The notes under the pieces: model-generated
The model's input: only the letters and a program-made list of their open reading frames with translations
The model's database searches: none
Told to the model about the DNA's origin: nothing
In this document: one piece after another, positions 23,804-35,644 of the stretch
Layout: each line of letters starts with the position of its first letter
How positions within the stretch are numbered: the first letter of the stretch is position 1
NCBI GenBank assembly: GCA_030390025.1
Contig: CM059432.1
Location: 31,746,001 to 31,810,000 of the forward strand
Reading direction: 5' to 3'
From: Squalus acanthias
Taxonomy: Eukaryota
Length of the DNA stretch: 64,000 nt
Made by a program: the position numbers and the translations under genes

Positions 23804-25381
23804 CTTCCTGTTTTTGCCACCAAAGTGGATAACCTCGCATTTATCCACATTATACGGCATCTGCCCAATCATTCAACCTGTCCAAATCATACTGGAGTTT
23901 CTCTGCATCCTCCTCACAGCGCACACGCCCACCCAGCTTTGTATCATCTGCAAACTTGGAGATATTACATCTAGTTCACTTGTCTAGATCGTTAATATAT
24001 ATTGTGAATAGCTGGGGTCCTAGCACCGATCCCTGCGGTACCCCACTAGTCACTGCCTGCCACTTGGAAAAAGACCTGTTTATTCCAACTCTTTGCTTCC
24101 TGTCTGCCAACCAGTTCTCTATCCAAGTCAGTACCTTACCCCCAATCCCATGTGCTTGAACTTTTCACGCTAATCTCTTATGCGGGACCTTATTGAAAGC
24201 CTTCTGAAAGTCCAAATACACCACATCCACTGGTTCTCCCTTATCTATTCTACCAGTTACATCATCAAAAAATTCCAGTAGATCAGTCGAGCATGATTTA
24301 CCTTTTGTAAAACCATGTTGACTTTGTCCGATCCTGTCACTGTTTTCCAAGTGCTCTGCTATTACATCTTTTATAATGGACTCGAGCATTTTCCCCACTA
24401 CCGATGTCAGGCTTACCGGTCTATAATTCCCCGTTTTCTCTCTACCACCTTTTTTAAATAGTGGGGTTACATTAGCTACCCTCCAATCCATGGGAACTGT
24501 TCCAGAGTCTATAGAATTTTGGAAGATGACCAGCAATGCATCTACTATTTCTAGGGCCACTTCCTTAAGTACCCTAGGATGTAGATTATCAGGCCCTGGG
24601 GATTTATCGGCCTTCAATCCCGTCAATTTCCCTAACACCATTTCGCTACAAATACTGATTTAATTCAATTCCTCCCTCATTAGACCCTATGTTCCCTGAC
24701 ATCTCTGGGAGGTTATTTGTGTCCTCCTTTGTGAAGACAGAACCAAAGTATGTATTTAATTGGTCTGCCATTTCTTTGTTCCCCATTATAAACTCCCCTG
24801 ATTCTCACTGCAAGGGACCTACGCTTGACTTCACCAATCGTTTTCTCTTCACATATCTATAGAAGCTTTTACAGTCAGTTTTTATGTTCCCTGCAAGCTT
24901 ACTCTCATTCTATTTTCCCCCTCTTAATTAATCCCGTTGTCCTCCTTTGCTGAATCCTAAACTGCTCCCAATCCTCAGGTTTGCTGCTTTTTCTGGCCAA
25001 TTTATATGTCCTCTCCTTGGATCTTATGCTATCCCTAATTTCCCTTGTTAGCCACGGTTGAGTCACTTTTTTTATGCCAAACAGGGATGAACAAATTCTG
25101 TAGTTCATCCATGTGATCTTTAAATGTTTGCCATTGCCTATCCACCGTCAACCCTTTAAGTAACGCTCCCCAAACCATCCTAGCCAACTCGCGCCTCATA
25201 CCATCGTAGTTTCCTTTATTTAAATTCAGGACCCTGGTCTGTGTCAACTACTTCACTCTCCATCTTAATGAAGAATTCGATCATATTATGATCGCTCCTC
25301 CCCAAGGGGCCTCGCACAACAAGATTGCTAATTAATCCTTTCTCATTACATAATACCCAGTCTAAGATGGCCTGATCACTA

Positions 25382-25737
25382 CGATAGCAAAATACTGCAG
25401 ATGCTGGAAATCCGAAATAACAACAGAAAACGCTGGAAAAACTCAGCAGGCCAGGCAGCATCCGTGGAGAGAGAAACAGAGTTAACGTTTCAAGTCGAAG
25501 ACCCTTCGTCAGAACTGGAAAAAAGCAGGAAATGAAATAGATTTAAAGCAAGTATAATGCTGGGAAAAGGGGGAGGGGATGAAAGAACAAAGGGGAAGGT
25601 CAGTGGTAGTATAGAAGGCAGGAGAGATTGAGAGACATTAAGAGATATTCAAGGCGAGAGGAGGTGGTAATGTGACAGGTTGAGGCTAGATGAGGTGTGA
25701 AATGCGCTGGCGGAATGAAGGACAGCTGCCAGCTTCA
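25382..25737 (-). mobile_element. Penelope-type short insertion with hammerhead
   Basis: 13-bp TSD GGCCTGATC(A/T)CTA at 25369-25381 / 25738-25750; interrupts host CR1 ORF2. Confidence 0.75.
25480..25516 (-). ncRNA. Minimal type I hammerhead ribozyme motif
   Basis: AGUU-CUGACGA-A-GGGUC(UUC)GACUU-GAAA-CGUU-AACU: core intact, stems I and II pair, palindromic AACGUU in place of stem III. Confidence 0.7.
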
Positions 25738-26453
25738 GGCCTGATCTCTAGTTGGTTCCTCGACATATTGGTCCAGGAAACCATCCCGTATACACTCTAG
25801 GAATTCCTCCTCCACAGTATTGTTACTAATTTGGTTAGCCCAATCTATATGTAGATTAAAGTCACCCATGATAACTGCTGTGCCCTTATTGCACGTGTCT
25901 CTAATTTCCCGTTTAATGCCATCCCCAACCTCAGCATTACTGTGTGGGGGTCTGTATACAACTCCCACTAACGTTTTTTGCCCCTTGGTATTTCTCAGCT
26001 CTACCCATACAGATTCCACATCATCAGAGCTAATATCCTTCCTTACTGTGTTAATTATTGTGTTAATCTCCTCTTTAACCAGCAATGCTACCCCACCTCC
26101 TTTTCCTTTTTGCCTGTCCTTCCTGAATATTGAATACCCCTGGATGTTGAATTCCCAGCCTTGGTCACCCTGGAGCCATGTCTCCGTAATCCCAATTATA
26201 TCATATCCGTTTACATCTATTTGCGCAGCTAATTCATCCACCTTATTACGAATGCTCCTCGCATTAAGACACAAAGCCTTCAGGCTTGTTTTTTTAACAC
26301 TTAGTCCTTTTAGAATTATTATTTACTGTAGCCCTGTTTGATTTACACCCTTGATTTCTCTGCCTTCCCTTTTGCTTTTCTCCTTCCTGTCTTTTTCTAT
26401 CCTTGCTTCCCTTTCCTCTGTCTCCCTGCACAGGTTCCTAACCCCCTGCCATT

Positions 26454-27411
26454 TTAGTTTAAACCCCAACAGCACTAGCAAACACTCCCCCTAGGACATC
26501 GGTCCTGGTCCCGCCCAGGTGCAAACCGTCCAGTTTGTACTGGTCCCACCTCCCCCAGAACCGGTTCCAATGTCCCAGGAATTTGAATCCCTCCCGCTTG
26601 CACCATTCCTCTAGCCACGTATTCATCTGAAATATCCTTCTATTTCTACTCTGACTAGCACGTGGCACTGGTAGCAATCCTGAGATTACTACCTTTTTGA
26701 GGTCCTATTTTTTAATTTATCTCCTAACTCCCTATATTCAGCTTTTAGGACCTCATCCTGTTTTTTACTTATCGTTGGTACCTATATGCACCACGACAAC
26801 TGGCTGTTCACCCTCCCCCTCCAGAATGCCCTGCAGCCGCCCCGAGACATCCTTGCCCCTTGCACCAGGGAGGCAACATACCATCCTGGAGTCTCGTTTG
26901 CGGCCGCAGAAACGCCTATCTATTCCCCTTACAATAGAATCCCCTATCACTATAGCTCTCCCGCTCTTTTCCCTCCCGTCCTGTGCAGCAGAACCACCCA
27001 CGGTGCCAGGAAGTTGGCTGCTGCTGCCTTCCCCCAGATAAGCCATCTCCCTCAACAATATCCGAAGTGGTATATCTGTTTGAGAGGGGGATGGCCACAG
27101 GGGACCCCTACACTACCTGTCTGCGCCTACTATTCTGCCCGGCGGTCACCCATTCCCTTCCTGCCTGTGAAACCTTTACCTGCGGTGTGACCAACTCATT
27201 AAACGTGCTATCCACGATGTCCTCAGCATCGCGAATGCTCCAGTATGTATCCATTCGCAGCTCTAGCGCCGCAATGCGGTCTGCCAGTAGCTGCAGCTGG
27301 ATACACTTCCCGCGCACATGGTTGTCAGGGATCGTCAGGGACACAGGAAGTGTCCCTGATTTCCCACATAGTGCAGGAGGAGCATGCCATGGGGCCGAGC
27401 TGTGCTGCCAT
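26454..27411 (-). pseudogene. CR1 ORF1 (zinc finger/coiled coil + SGNH esterase), frameshifted
   Basis: MAAQLGPMACSSC..., IVIGDSIVRG, CLPGA, VVVHIGTND and DGLHL SGNH blocks. Confidence 0.85.
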
Positions 27412-27877
27412 GACTTACCCTTTAATTAATTTAAATTAAATCAATACCACTAATTACACAATTAAATGATATACTCAAGGGCCCTTGTTTACTCGCACTC
27501 CCCGCTACACAACAGAGACCTTAGAAAGTATAACCACAAAAATTAAGACCTTCTAAACTTTATAAACTATTAACCTTAACTGTCAAACTATAGAGTAGTA
27601 TAAATACTCACCTGGCCGTACTCACCCAATCAGCTGCTTCCTCTTGCCTGCGCCACTTTTTGAATCATGACGTGGCTCTGGAACGCTGTCGCCGCTGGTC
27701 TCTGAGATTGGTAAGTCTCTGTATATATTAAAAAAAGCCCACGAAAGTGAGTTTAAATACTCACTGTTCTCTCCTGTTGCTCCCGACACCGGCCTCTGTA
27801 TATATAAAAAAAAAAGCCTGTACTTACAGAGACTCCACAGGGGGAGTCAGAGTAGGTCTGTACTTACAGACACTCCA

Positions 27878-28443
27878 CTCTTTGAAAGAGCTATCCAATT
27901 AGCCTCACTTCCCTGCTCCTTTTTTTAAGAATTGCATCGAATTTACAGCACAGAAACAGGCCATTCGGCTGGTATTTGTGCCCCTGGACGAGCTTACTTC
28001 ATCTCACTCTCAACATCGCCTTCTATTCCTTTCTCGTACTTATCTAGCTTCCCCTTAAATGCAACTATGCTATTCGTCTCAACCACTCCCATGTGGTAGC
28101 CAGTTCTGTATTCTTTCCCCATAGCCCTGCAATTTTTTTCTTTTCCAGTATATATCCAATTCCCTTTTAAAAGTTACTATGGAATATGCTTCCACCACCC
28201 TTTCAGGCAGCACATTCCAGATCATCATAACTCACTGTGTAAAACTATTTCTCCTCATCTCCCCTCTGGTTCTTTTGGCAATTATTTTGTATCTGTGTTC
28301 ACTGGTTACTGACCCTCCTGCCAGTAGAAACAGTTTCTCCTTATTTACTCAATCAAAACCCTTCATAATTTTGAACACCTCTAATAAATCTCCCCTTGTC
28401 TTCTCTGCTCTAAGAACAACAATTTCACTTTCTCTAGACTCTT
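27878..28443 (-). mobile_element. Older CR1 3' fragment (its tail continues at ~19880-19941; contains another CR1 tail at ~27920-28110)
   Basis: CR1 C-terminal/3' UTR sequence joins across the full-length CR1 insertion. Confidence 0.7.
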
Positions 28444-28528
28444 TATTCCCAGGTAGTCTCCCATCCAAGTACTGAACAGGCTTGACTCTGCTTAGCTTCC
28501 AAGATTGGACAAGATCGGGCGTTTTCAG
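28444..28528 (-). pseudogene. 5S rRNA-derived fragment
   Basis: Reverse complement CTGAAAACGCCCGATCTTGTCCAATCTTGGAAGCTAAGCAGAGTCAAGCCTGTTCAGTACTTGGATGGGAGACTACCTGGGAATA aligns by eye with vertebrate 5S rRNA (A box AGCTAAGC, C box TGGATGGGAG); both ends truncated. Confidence 0.9.
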
Positions 28529-28839
28529 TTAGGATCAAAAGTTTCATTTGGGGCTCCACAATGCTGGCAACAGATCTTTGCGCTCCGTCCAATTGGGGAG
28601 CCCATCAGTATGAAAACAGCAGCATTGGTGGTCTCCACTCAACAGATATAGTTGCAATGTGATTTTTTGTATCAGCTATCAGCAATACAGCAGTGTTTCA
28701 ACCCTAGTCATTTGCATTATCTTCACAACTCATCCTTCTCTATTTCCTCCATTCTTTTCTTCAGAGAAAGGAGAGAGAAATTATTTTCAATGAACCTCTG
28801 CAGAAATGGACTTGGTGGTGGGTTTTTTCCTTAGTCATT

Positions 28840-29557
28840 ACATAGAAACATAGAAAATAGGTGCAGGAGTAGACCATTCGGTCCTTCGAGCCTGCACCGC
28901 CATTTAATGCGTTCATGGCTGAACATGCTACCTCAGTACCCCATTCCTGCTTTCTCGCCATACCCCTTGATCCCCCTAGTTGTGAGTATTATATCTAACT
29001 CCCTTTTGAATATATTTAGCGAACTGGCCTCAACAACCTTCTGTGGTAGAGAATTCCACAGATTCACCACTCTCTGGGTGAAGAAGTTCCTCCTCATCTC
29101 AGTCTTAAATGGCTTCCCCTTTATCCTTAGACTGTGACCCCTGGTTTTAGTTTTCCCTAACATTGGAAACATTCTGCCTGCATCTAATTTGTCTAAACCA
29201 GTCAGGATTTTAAACGTCTCTATAAGATCCCCCCTCATTCTTCTGAACTCCAGAGGATACAAGTTCAGTTGATCCAGTCTTTCTTGATATGTCAGTCTGG
29301 CCATCCCAGGAATCAATCTAGTGAACCTTCGTTGCACTCCCTCAATAGCAAGAATGTTCTTCCTCAAGTTAGGAGACCAAAACTGTACACAATACTCCAG
29401 GTGTGGCCTCACCAAGGCCCTGTACAACTGTAGCATCACCTCCCTACTCCTGTACTCAAATCCCCTTGCTATGAAGGCCATCATGCCATTTGCTTTCTTG
29501 ACTGCCTGCTGCACTTGCCTTCCCACCTTCAGTGACTGATGTACCATGACGCCCAGG
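28840..29557 (-). mobile_element. Young CR1 3' fragment, same subfamily as 20701-23803
   Basis: Open 204-aa ORF almost identical to the ORF2 C-terminus at 23097-23710; same 3' UTR. Confidence 0.92.
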
Positions 29558-31561
29558 TAGAATAGGTTCCTAGCACACTCTGACGACGTTCACATGAAAA
29601 ACTAACCACCTAGTTGCCTGCAATTGCTGCCTGCAGCCATTTTCTTCCTTAAGCCCTTTGGAAAACTAACTTCTGCAGTAGACTTGAGCATATGGAGGTC
29701 CTAGCGCTGCCTTGTTATATTTATTTGTATTGTCTTTGGAAAGTTAATGTTTGTAAGGAATTTAAGCATATTGTTCTGGTGACCTCAAGCTGCAAGAGGA
29801 AACCTCCAGATTCAATTGCCGGCGGGTTATTCAACTGCAGGGGCATTGTAGATGCGCCTGATCCTATTATTGCACGCACATTATCCAGGAAGGGTTTATT
29901 GATGGTGACCAAGACCAGGAAAATCGTGGTTGTCTTTTCACTTCTCCATAACCCAGGGCCACTGAAGAAAATTATGTAGTGCCCCAAGTGCCAACTAGGC
30001 TGCGATCAGTTAACTTAGCACAGACTATTTATAAAAACTGTATATTGTATGTAATAGTCATATTTCTTAATGAAGGACATTTAAAGTTTTCGCTTTACAT
30101 TCAGTAGAGATTGATGTAATTGTTTTACAGCTAAGTGTGACATCAAACGTGATGATATACTGCATTGTTTGACAGATGCTACACTAGCGTCTGTTTCTTT
30201 CTGTGGTGGGAGAATATAGGATAATCTAGAGATTGTGGGTAACGGTTTAGTGTAAGGTTTTTTTTTACAAAGCCACTGGCATTATCCGAGCTGCTCAAGT
30301 GTTCTTGACTTGCTGTGCGTCATATCTCCAAAATCTCCTGTCGCACCAACCCTGTGACTCCATATAATCTCACCTCCTGTGCCAGCTATATCATTTTACC
30401 CTTGCACTCCGTATTCTGACTGGGTAGAATTGAGAACGTTTAAAAATAATACACTAATACAGATATTGGGGGTTTGCCGCAATGTAATCTTGGTTCTGTT
30501 CATTTTCAAGATTTACACTGCCATCTGAGACACCTGAATGTATGTTGTCTATAGGCTATTTGAATGTAAGAGCATTACAGTCGCGCCTGATCTTCTCGCT
30601 CAACGCCCACACATTCAAAACACTTCCAGCAGGATTGGTAGATAGTGATTGGAGCTAATTTCTGTTATTGCTATTGACTGATAATCACTGCCAGACGGTT
30701 TGGTGATAATGCATTATAGATAAGTGTGAGGTCAAACCTAATGATATGCAGCATCGTGTGACTGGTGCTGTAGAAGCATCTTTTTTTTTGTCGCAGGACA
30801 ATATGAGATATCTAGGGAGGTGTAGGGGGTTCTATATTTGAGTATTTGATTATATTTTTCTCTGTATATGAAATTTACAGTGAAACAATCTCCAGTCTAA
30901 TGTCCTAGTTACTGATGTGTGACTCCAGGATCTATTTGATTACTAAACCACCTTATTAGTTACAGATTTTCTTTGTGAATTTCATGTTCATCATGGTATT
31001 GGAAATGTCTGCTTCAAAGACGCCCAGGTCAGGTTTAGTATGATTGGATGCAAACTAAAGCTCCATCTACTCTGGCCAACCCTCAGAAGAGCACACTCTG
31101 ACATTCTTCTTTTTCTTGCTCTAGCCATGCTGTCTTCTGTGTGTACAGTTTCCGTTAGGGGTAGTTTAGTGTTGTGGGGCCATGCCTAGAAGACTCTTCA
31201 ATCTGCCTTCATTTTTCATCTCTCCAACCTGAGCTGGATTTGAACCCAGGCCTCTGAGATGAAAGGATGATATCGAACTCACCACATCACTCAGCTCAAT
31301 GTTTTTATGAGGGTGCATGTGCATCATATATATATTAGGATGTTGGTGTCACTGGCAAGGCCAACATTTGTTGCCCATTCCTAGTTGCCCTGTGTTTGAT
31401 CCAACTGAGTGGCTTACTCGACCCCTTCACTGGGTGTGGGACTGGAGTCAAGTATAGACCAAACCAGGTAAGGATGACAGGTTTCCTTCCCTAAAGGATA
31501 TTACTGAACCAGTTAGGTGCTTACAACAATCTGATAGCTTCATGGTCAATTTTCTTTTTAC

Positions 31562-34500
31562 TGATGTGTGTAAACGTATGAAGCGAGGTAAATAAGGGTG
31601 GTGAGCTGCAGGCTCAAATAGCCACATGGGAATATGATGTCATGGCAATAAAGGAGACCTGGCTCAAAAGGGCAGGATTGGGTTTGAAATATTCCTGGAT
31701 ATAAGGTGTTCAGGAAAGATAGGGAAGGAAAGAAAGGAGGTGGGGTGGCATTATTGGTTAAGGAGAATGTTACAGTACTGGAAAGAGAGGATATCCTGGA
31801 GGGGTCAAGGACAGAATCTATTTGGTTAGAGTTAAGAAATAATAGAGGTGCCATTACACTACTAGGTGTATTCTGTAGGCCACCAACTAGTGGGAAAGAT
31901 ATAGAGGAGCAAATTTGCAGGGAAATTAGAGAGGTGCAAGAACTATAGAGTAGTGATAATGGGGGACTTAAATTATCCTAATTAAGACTGGGATAGTAAT
32001 AGTGTAAAGGGCAGAGGGGGAAGAATTTCTGAAGTGTGTTCAGGAGAACTTTCTTGATCAGTACGTTTCCAGCCCAACGAGGAAGGAGGCATTGCTGAAT
32101 CTGGTTCTCGGGAATGAGTTGGGGCAAGTGGAGCAAGTGTCAATAGGGGAACATTTAAGGAACAGTGATCATAGTATCAAGATTTAGATTAGCTATGGGA
32201 AAGGACAGGGAGCAATCTAGAGTAAAAATACTTAATTGGAGGAAGGCAAATTTCAGGTGGGTTGAGAACAGATCTGGCCTGGGTAAATTGGAATCAAAGT
32301 TTGGCAGGCAAAACTAATCGAACAATGGGCTGCCTTGAAAGAGGAGATGGCTCAGGTTCAGTCAAGGGGGAAAGGTAGGGCAACTAAAGCCAGAGCTCCC
32401 TGGATGACAAAAGAGATAGAGAGTAAGATGAAGCAGAAAAAGAGCACATATGACAGATGTCAGGTTGAGAATACAAGTGAGAATCGGGCTGAATGTAGAA
32501 TGTTCAGAGGGAAAGTGAAAAAGGAAATAAGAGGGACAAAGAGAGTATGAGAATAGATTGGCAACTAACATAAAAGGGAATTCAAAAGTCTTCTATAGGC
32601 ATATAAATAATCGGGTAGTAAGAGGAGGGGTGGGGCCCATTAGGGAGCAAAAAGGAGACCTATGCATGGAGGCAGAGGGCATGGCTGAGGTACTAAATGA
32701 GTACTTTGCATCTGTCTTCACCAAGGAAGATGCTGCCAAAGTCATAGTGAAAGTGGAGATACTGGATGAGCTAAAAATTGATGATGAAGTGGTACTAGAA
32801 AGGCTGTCTGTACTTAAAGTTGATAAGTCACCAAGACCGGATGGGATGCATCCTAGGATGCTGAGGGAAGTTAAGGAGGAAATCGTGGAGGTACTGCCGT
32901 AATCTTCCAATCCTCCTTAGATACAGGGGTAGTGCCAGAGGACTGGACAATTGCAAATGTTACACCCTTGTATAAAAAAGCATGCAAGGATAAACCCAGA
33001 AACTACAGGCCAGTCAGTTTAACCTCGGTAGTGGGGAAGCTTTTAGAAACGATAATCCGGGACAAAATTAATAGTCACTTGGACAAATGTGATTAATTAA
33101 GGAAAGCCAGCACGGATTTGTTAAAGGCAAATCGTGTTTAACTAATTTGATTTTTTTTGATGAGGGCAATACGGTTGACGTGGTGTATATGGACTTCCAA
33201 AAGGCGTTTGATAAAGTGCCACATAATAGGCTTGCCAGCAGAGGAGAAGCCCATGGAATAAAAGGGACAGTGGCAGCATGGATACGAAATTGGCTAAGTG
33301 ACCGGAAACAGAGTAGTGGTGCACAGTTGTTTTTCGGACTGGAGGAAGGTATACAGTGGTGTTCTAGGACCACTGCTTTTCTTGATATATTAATGACTTG
33401 GACTTGGGTGTACAGGGTGCAATTTCAAAATTTGCAGATGACACAAAACTTGGAAGTATAGTGAACAGTGAGGAGGATAGTGATAGACTTCAAGAAGACA
33501 TAGACAGGCTGGTGGAATGGGCGGACACGTGGCAGATGAAATTTAACGCAGAAAAGTGCGAAGTGATGCATTTTGGTAGGAAGAATGAGGAGAGGCAATA
33601 TTAACTAAAGGGTACAATCCTAAAGTGGCTGCATGAACAGAGACACCTGGGAGTATATGTGCACAAATCAAGTGAAGGTGGCAGGGCAGGTTTAGAAAGC
33701 AGTTAAAAAAGCATACGGGATCCTGGGCTTCATAAATAGAGGCATAGAGTACAAAAGCAAGGAAGTTGTGATGAACCTTTATAAAACACTGGTTCGGCCT
33801 CAACTGGAGTATTGTGTCCAATTCTGGGCACCGCACTTTAGGAAGGATATGACGGCCTTAGAGAGGGTGCAGAAAAGATTTATGAGAATGATTCCAGGGA
33901 TGAGTGACTTCAGTTACGTGGATAGACTGGAGAAGCTGGGATTGAATCATAGAAATCATAGAAAGTTACAGCACGGAAGGAGGCCATTTCGGCCCATCGT
34001 GTCTGCGCCGGCCAACAAAGAGCTATCCAGCCTAATCCCACTTCTCAGCTCTTGGTCTGTAGCCCTGCAGGTTAGAGCATCCCAAGTGCACATCCAAGTA
34101 CTTTTTAAATGTGGTTAGGGTTCCTTCCTCTACCACCCTTTCAGGCAGTGAGTTCCAGACCCCCACAACCCTCTGGGTGAAGAAATTTCCCCTCAAATCC
34201 CCTCTAAACCTTCCCCCAGTTACTTTAAATCTGTGCCCCCTGGTTTTTGACCCCTCTGCTAAGGGAAATAGGTCCTTTCTATCCACTTTATCTATGCCCC
34301 TCATTGTTCTCCTTAAAGCAGAGAAGGTTGAGAGGAGATTTGATAGAGGTGTTCAAAATCATGAGGGGTCTAGACAGAGTAGATCGAGAGAAACTGTTCC
34401 CATTGGCAGAAGGGCCGAGAGCCAGAGGACACCGATTTAAGGTGATTGGCAGAAGAACCAAAGGCGACATGAGGAAACTTGTTTACACAGCGAGCGGTTA

Positions 34501-34710
34501 GGATCTGGAATGCGCTGCCTGAAAGGGTGATGGAGGCAGACTCAATCGTGGCTTTCAAAAGGAAATTGGATAAGTACCTGAAAGAAAAATATTTGCAGGA
34601 CTACAGGGATAGGACAGGGGAGTGGGACTAGCTGAGTTGCTCTTGCAGAGAGCCGGCATGGACTCGACAGGCTGAATTGCCGCCTTCCATGCTGTAACCA
34701 TTCTATGATG
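31562..34710 (+). mobile_element. Decayed CR1 ORF2, interrupted by an inverted CR1 tail at ~33943-34304
   Basis: FRKDREGKKGGGVALL, DFQKAFDKVPH, KFADDTKL, LVRPQLEYC fragments; ATTCTATG tail. Confidence 0.88.
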
Positions 34711-35644
34711 GTAGCTTTTTATTCCAGATATTTTTTTAGCTGAATTCAAGTTCTCAAACTTCTCCCATCCCAATGACGTGTGGTACATTTTCACCCATAG
34801 TCATTATAACCTAAAGAGCATAATAATTAGGCGCAGGAGTCGGCCATACGACCCTTCGAGCCTGCTCTGTCATTCAAAAAGATCATGGCTGATCTTCGAC
34901 CTGAACTCCACTTTCCCGCCCGAGCCCCATATCCCTTGATTTCCCCATGAGTCCTGGTGAAAGATGGGATAAACATTTTGTAACAAGCCACTTCTTAGCT
35001 TAAAACAAGATATTTCTCTCGCAATGACAGCATGAAAGTCGGAGTAAAACCAGTTTGCCAGTTTTTAAACGAAGAGCACAGCTGTAACACAACCCATCTC
35101 ACTGCCTGTACCCAGCTACAAGCCGAAACCCATTTGTGGAAAAAGTTTTGTGTGGTTCCCTTTTGGAAGAATCCACTGATTGTGTATTTATGGGATGGGT
35201 TGTCAGTGTGTTTGTAGAACCAGAGGACATGTCGTGCGCTTGAAGGGGTGGGCGGGGGTGGTAAATTCAAAACTAATCTGCGGAAACAATATTTCAGTGA
35301 GCAAGTGGTCACTCTAGTGGAACAAGCTCCCTAGGGAGAGGGTAGAAGCAGTTGGTGTTGATTCATTCAAATGCAAATTAAATAGATATCTTGAAGAAAA
35401 TAACCTTCTGGAATACAGTATATGAATAATTTGAGACATGAGGTGGTAAGTGTAGCATGCTTGGAAGTCCCAAAGTGCTCCACCAGTGGGATTTTCCTTG
35501 CGTCATGTCTGGGTCTCTTGTATACTAATTAATAGAGACTGATTGCTATGATTAGTCAATAACTCTATTATCATTGTATCATGCGACTGCCAGGATGGTG
35601 GGAGGCGTACTAGATGGACCTTTTTTTTTTGCCTAGAAGTTTTG

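Larger units (their letters stand above)
19942..27877 (-). mobile_element. Full-length decayed CR1 LINE (5' UTR, ORF1, ORF2, tail) containing two nested insertions
   Basis: TSD CTCTTT (19936-19941 / 27878-27883); (TTCTATGT) tail at 19942; APE and RT peptides in several frames; the older flanking CR1 tail is continuous across the insertion. Confidence 0.9.

Noticed and set aside
28444..28528. Functional 5S rRNA gene
   Set aside because: Truncated at both ends, many substitutions, no terminator, not in an array.
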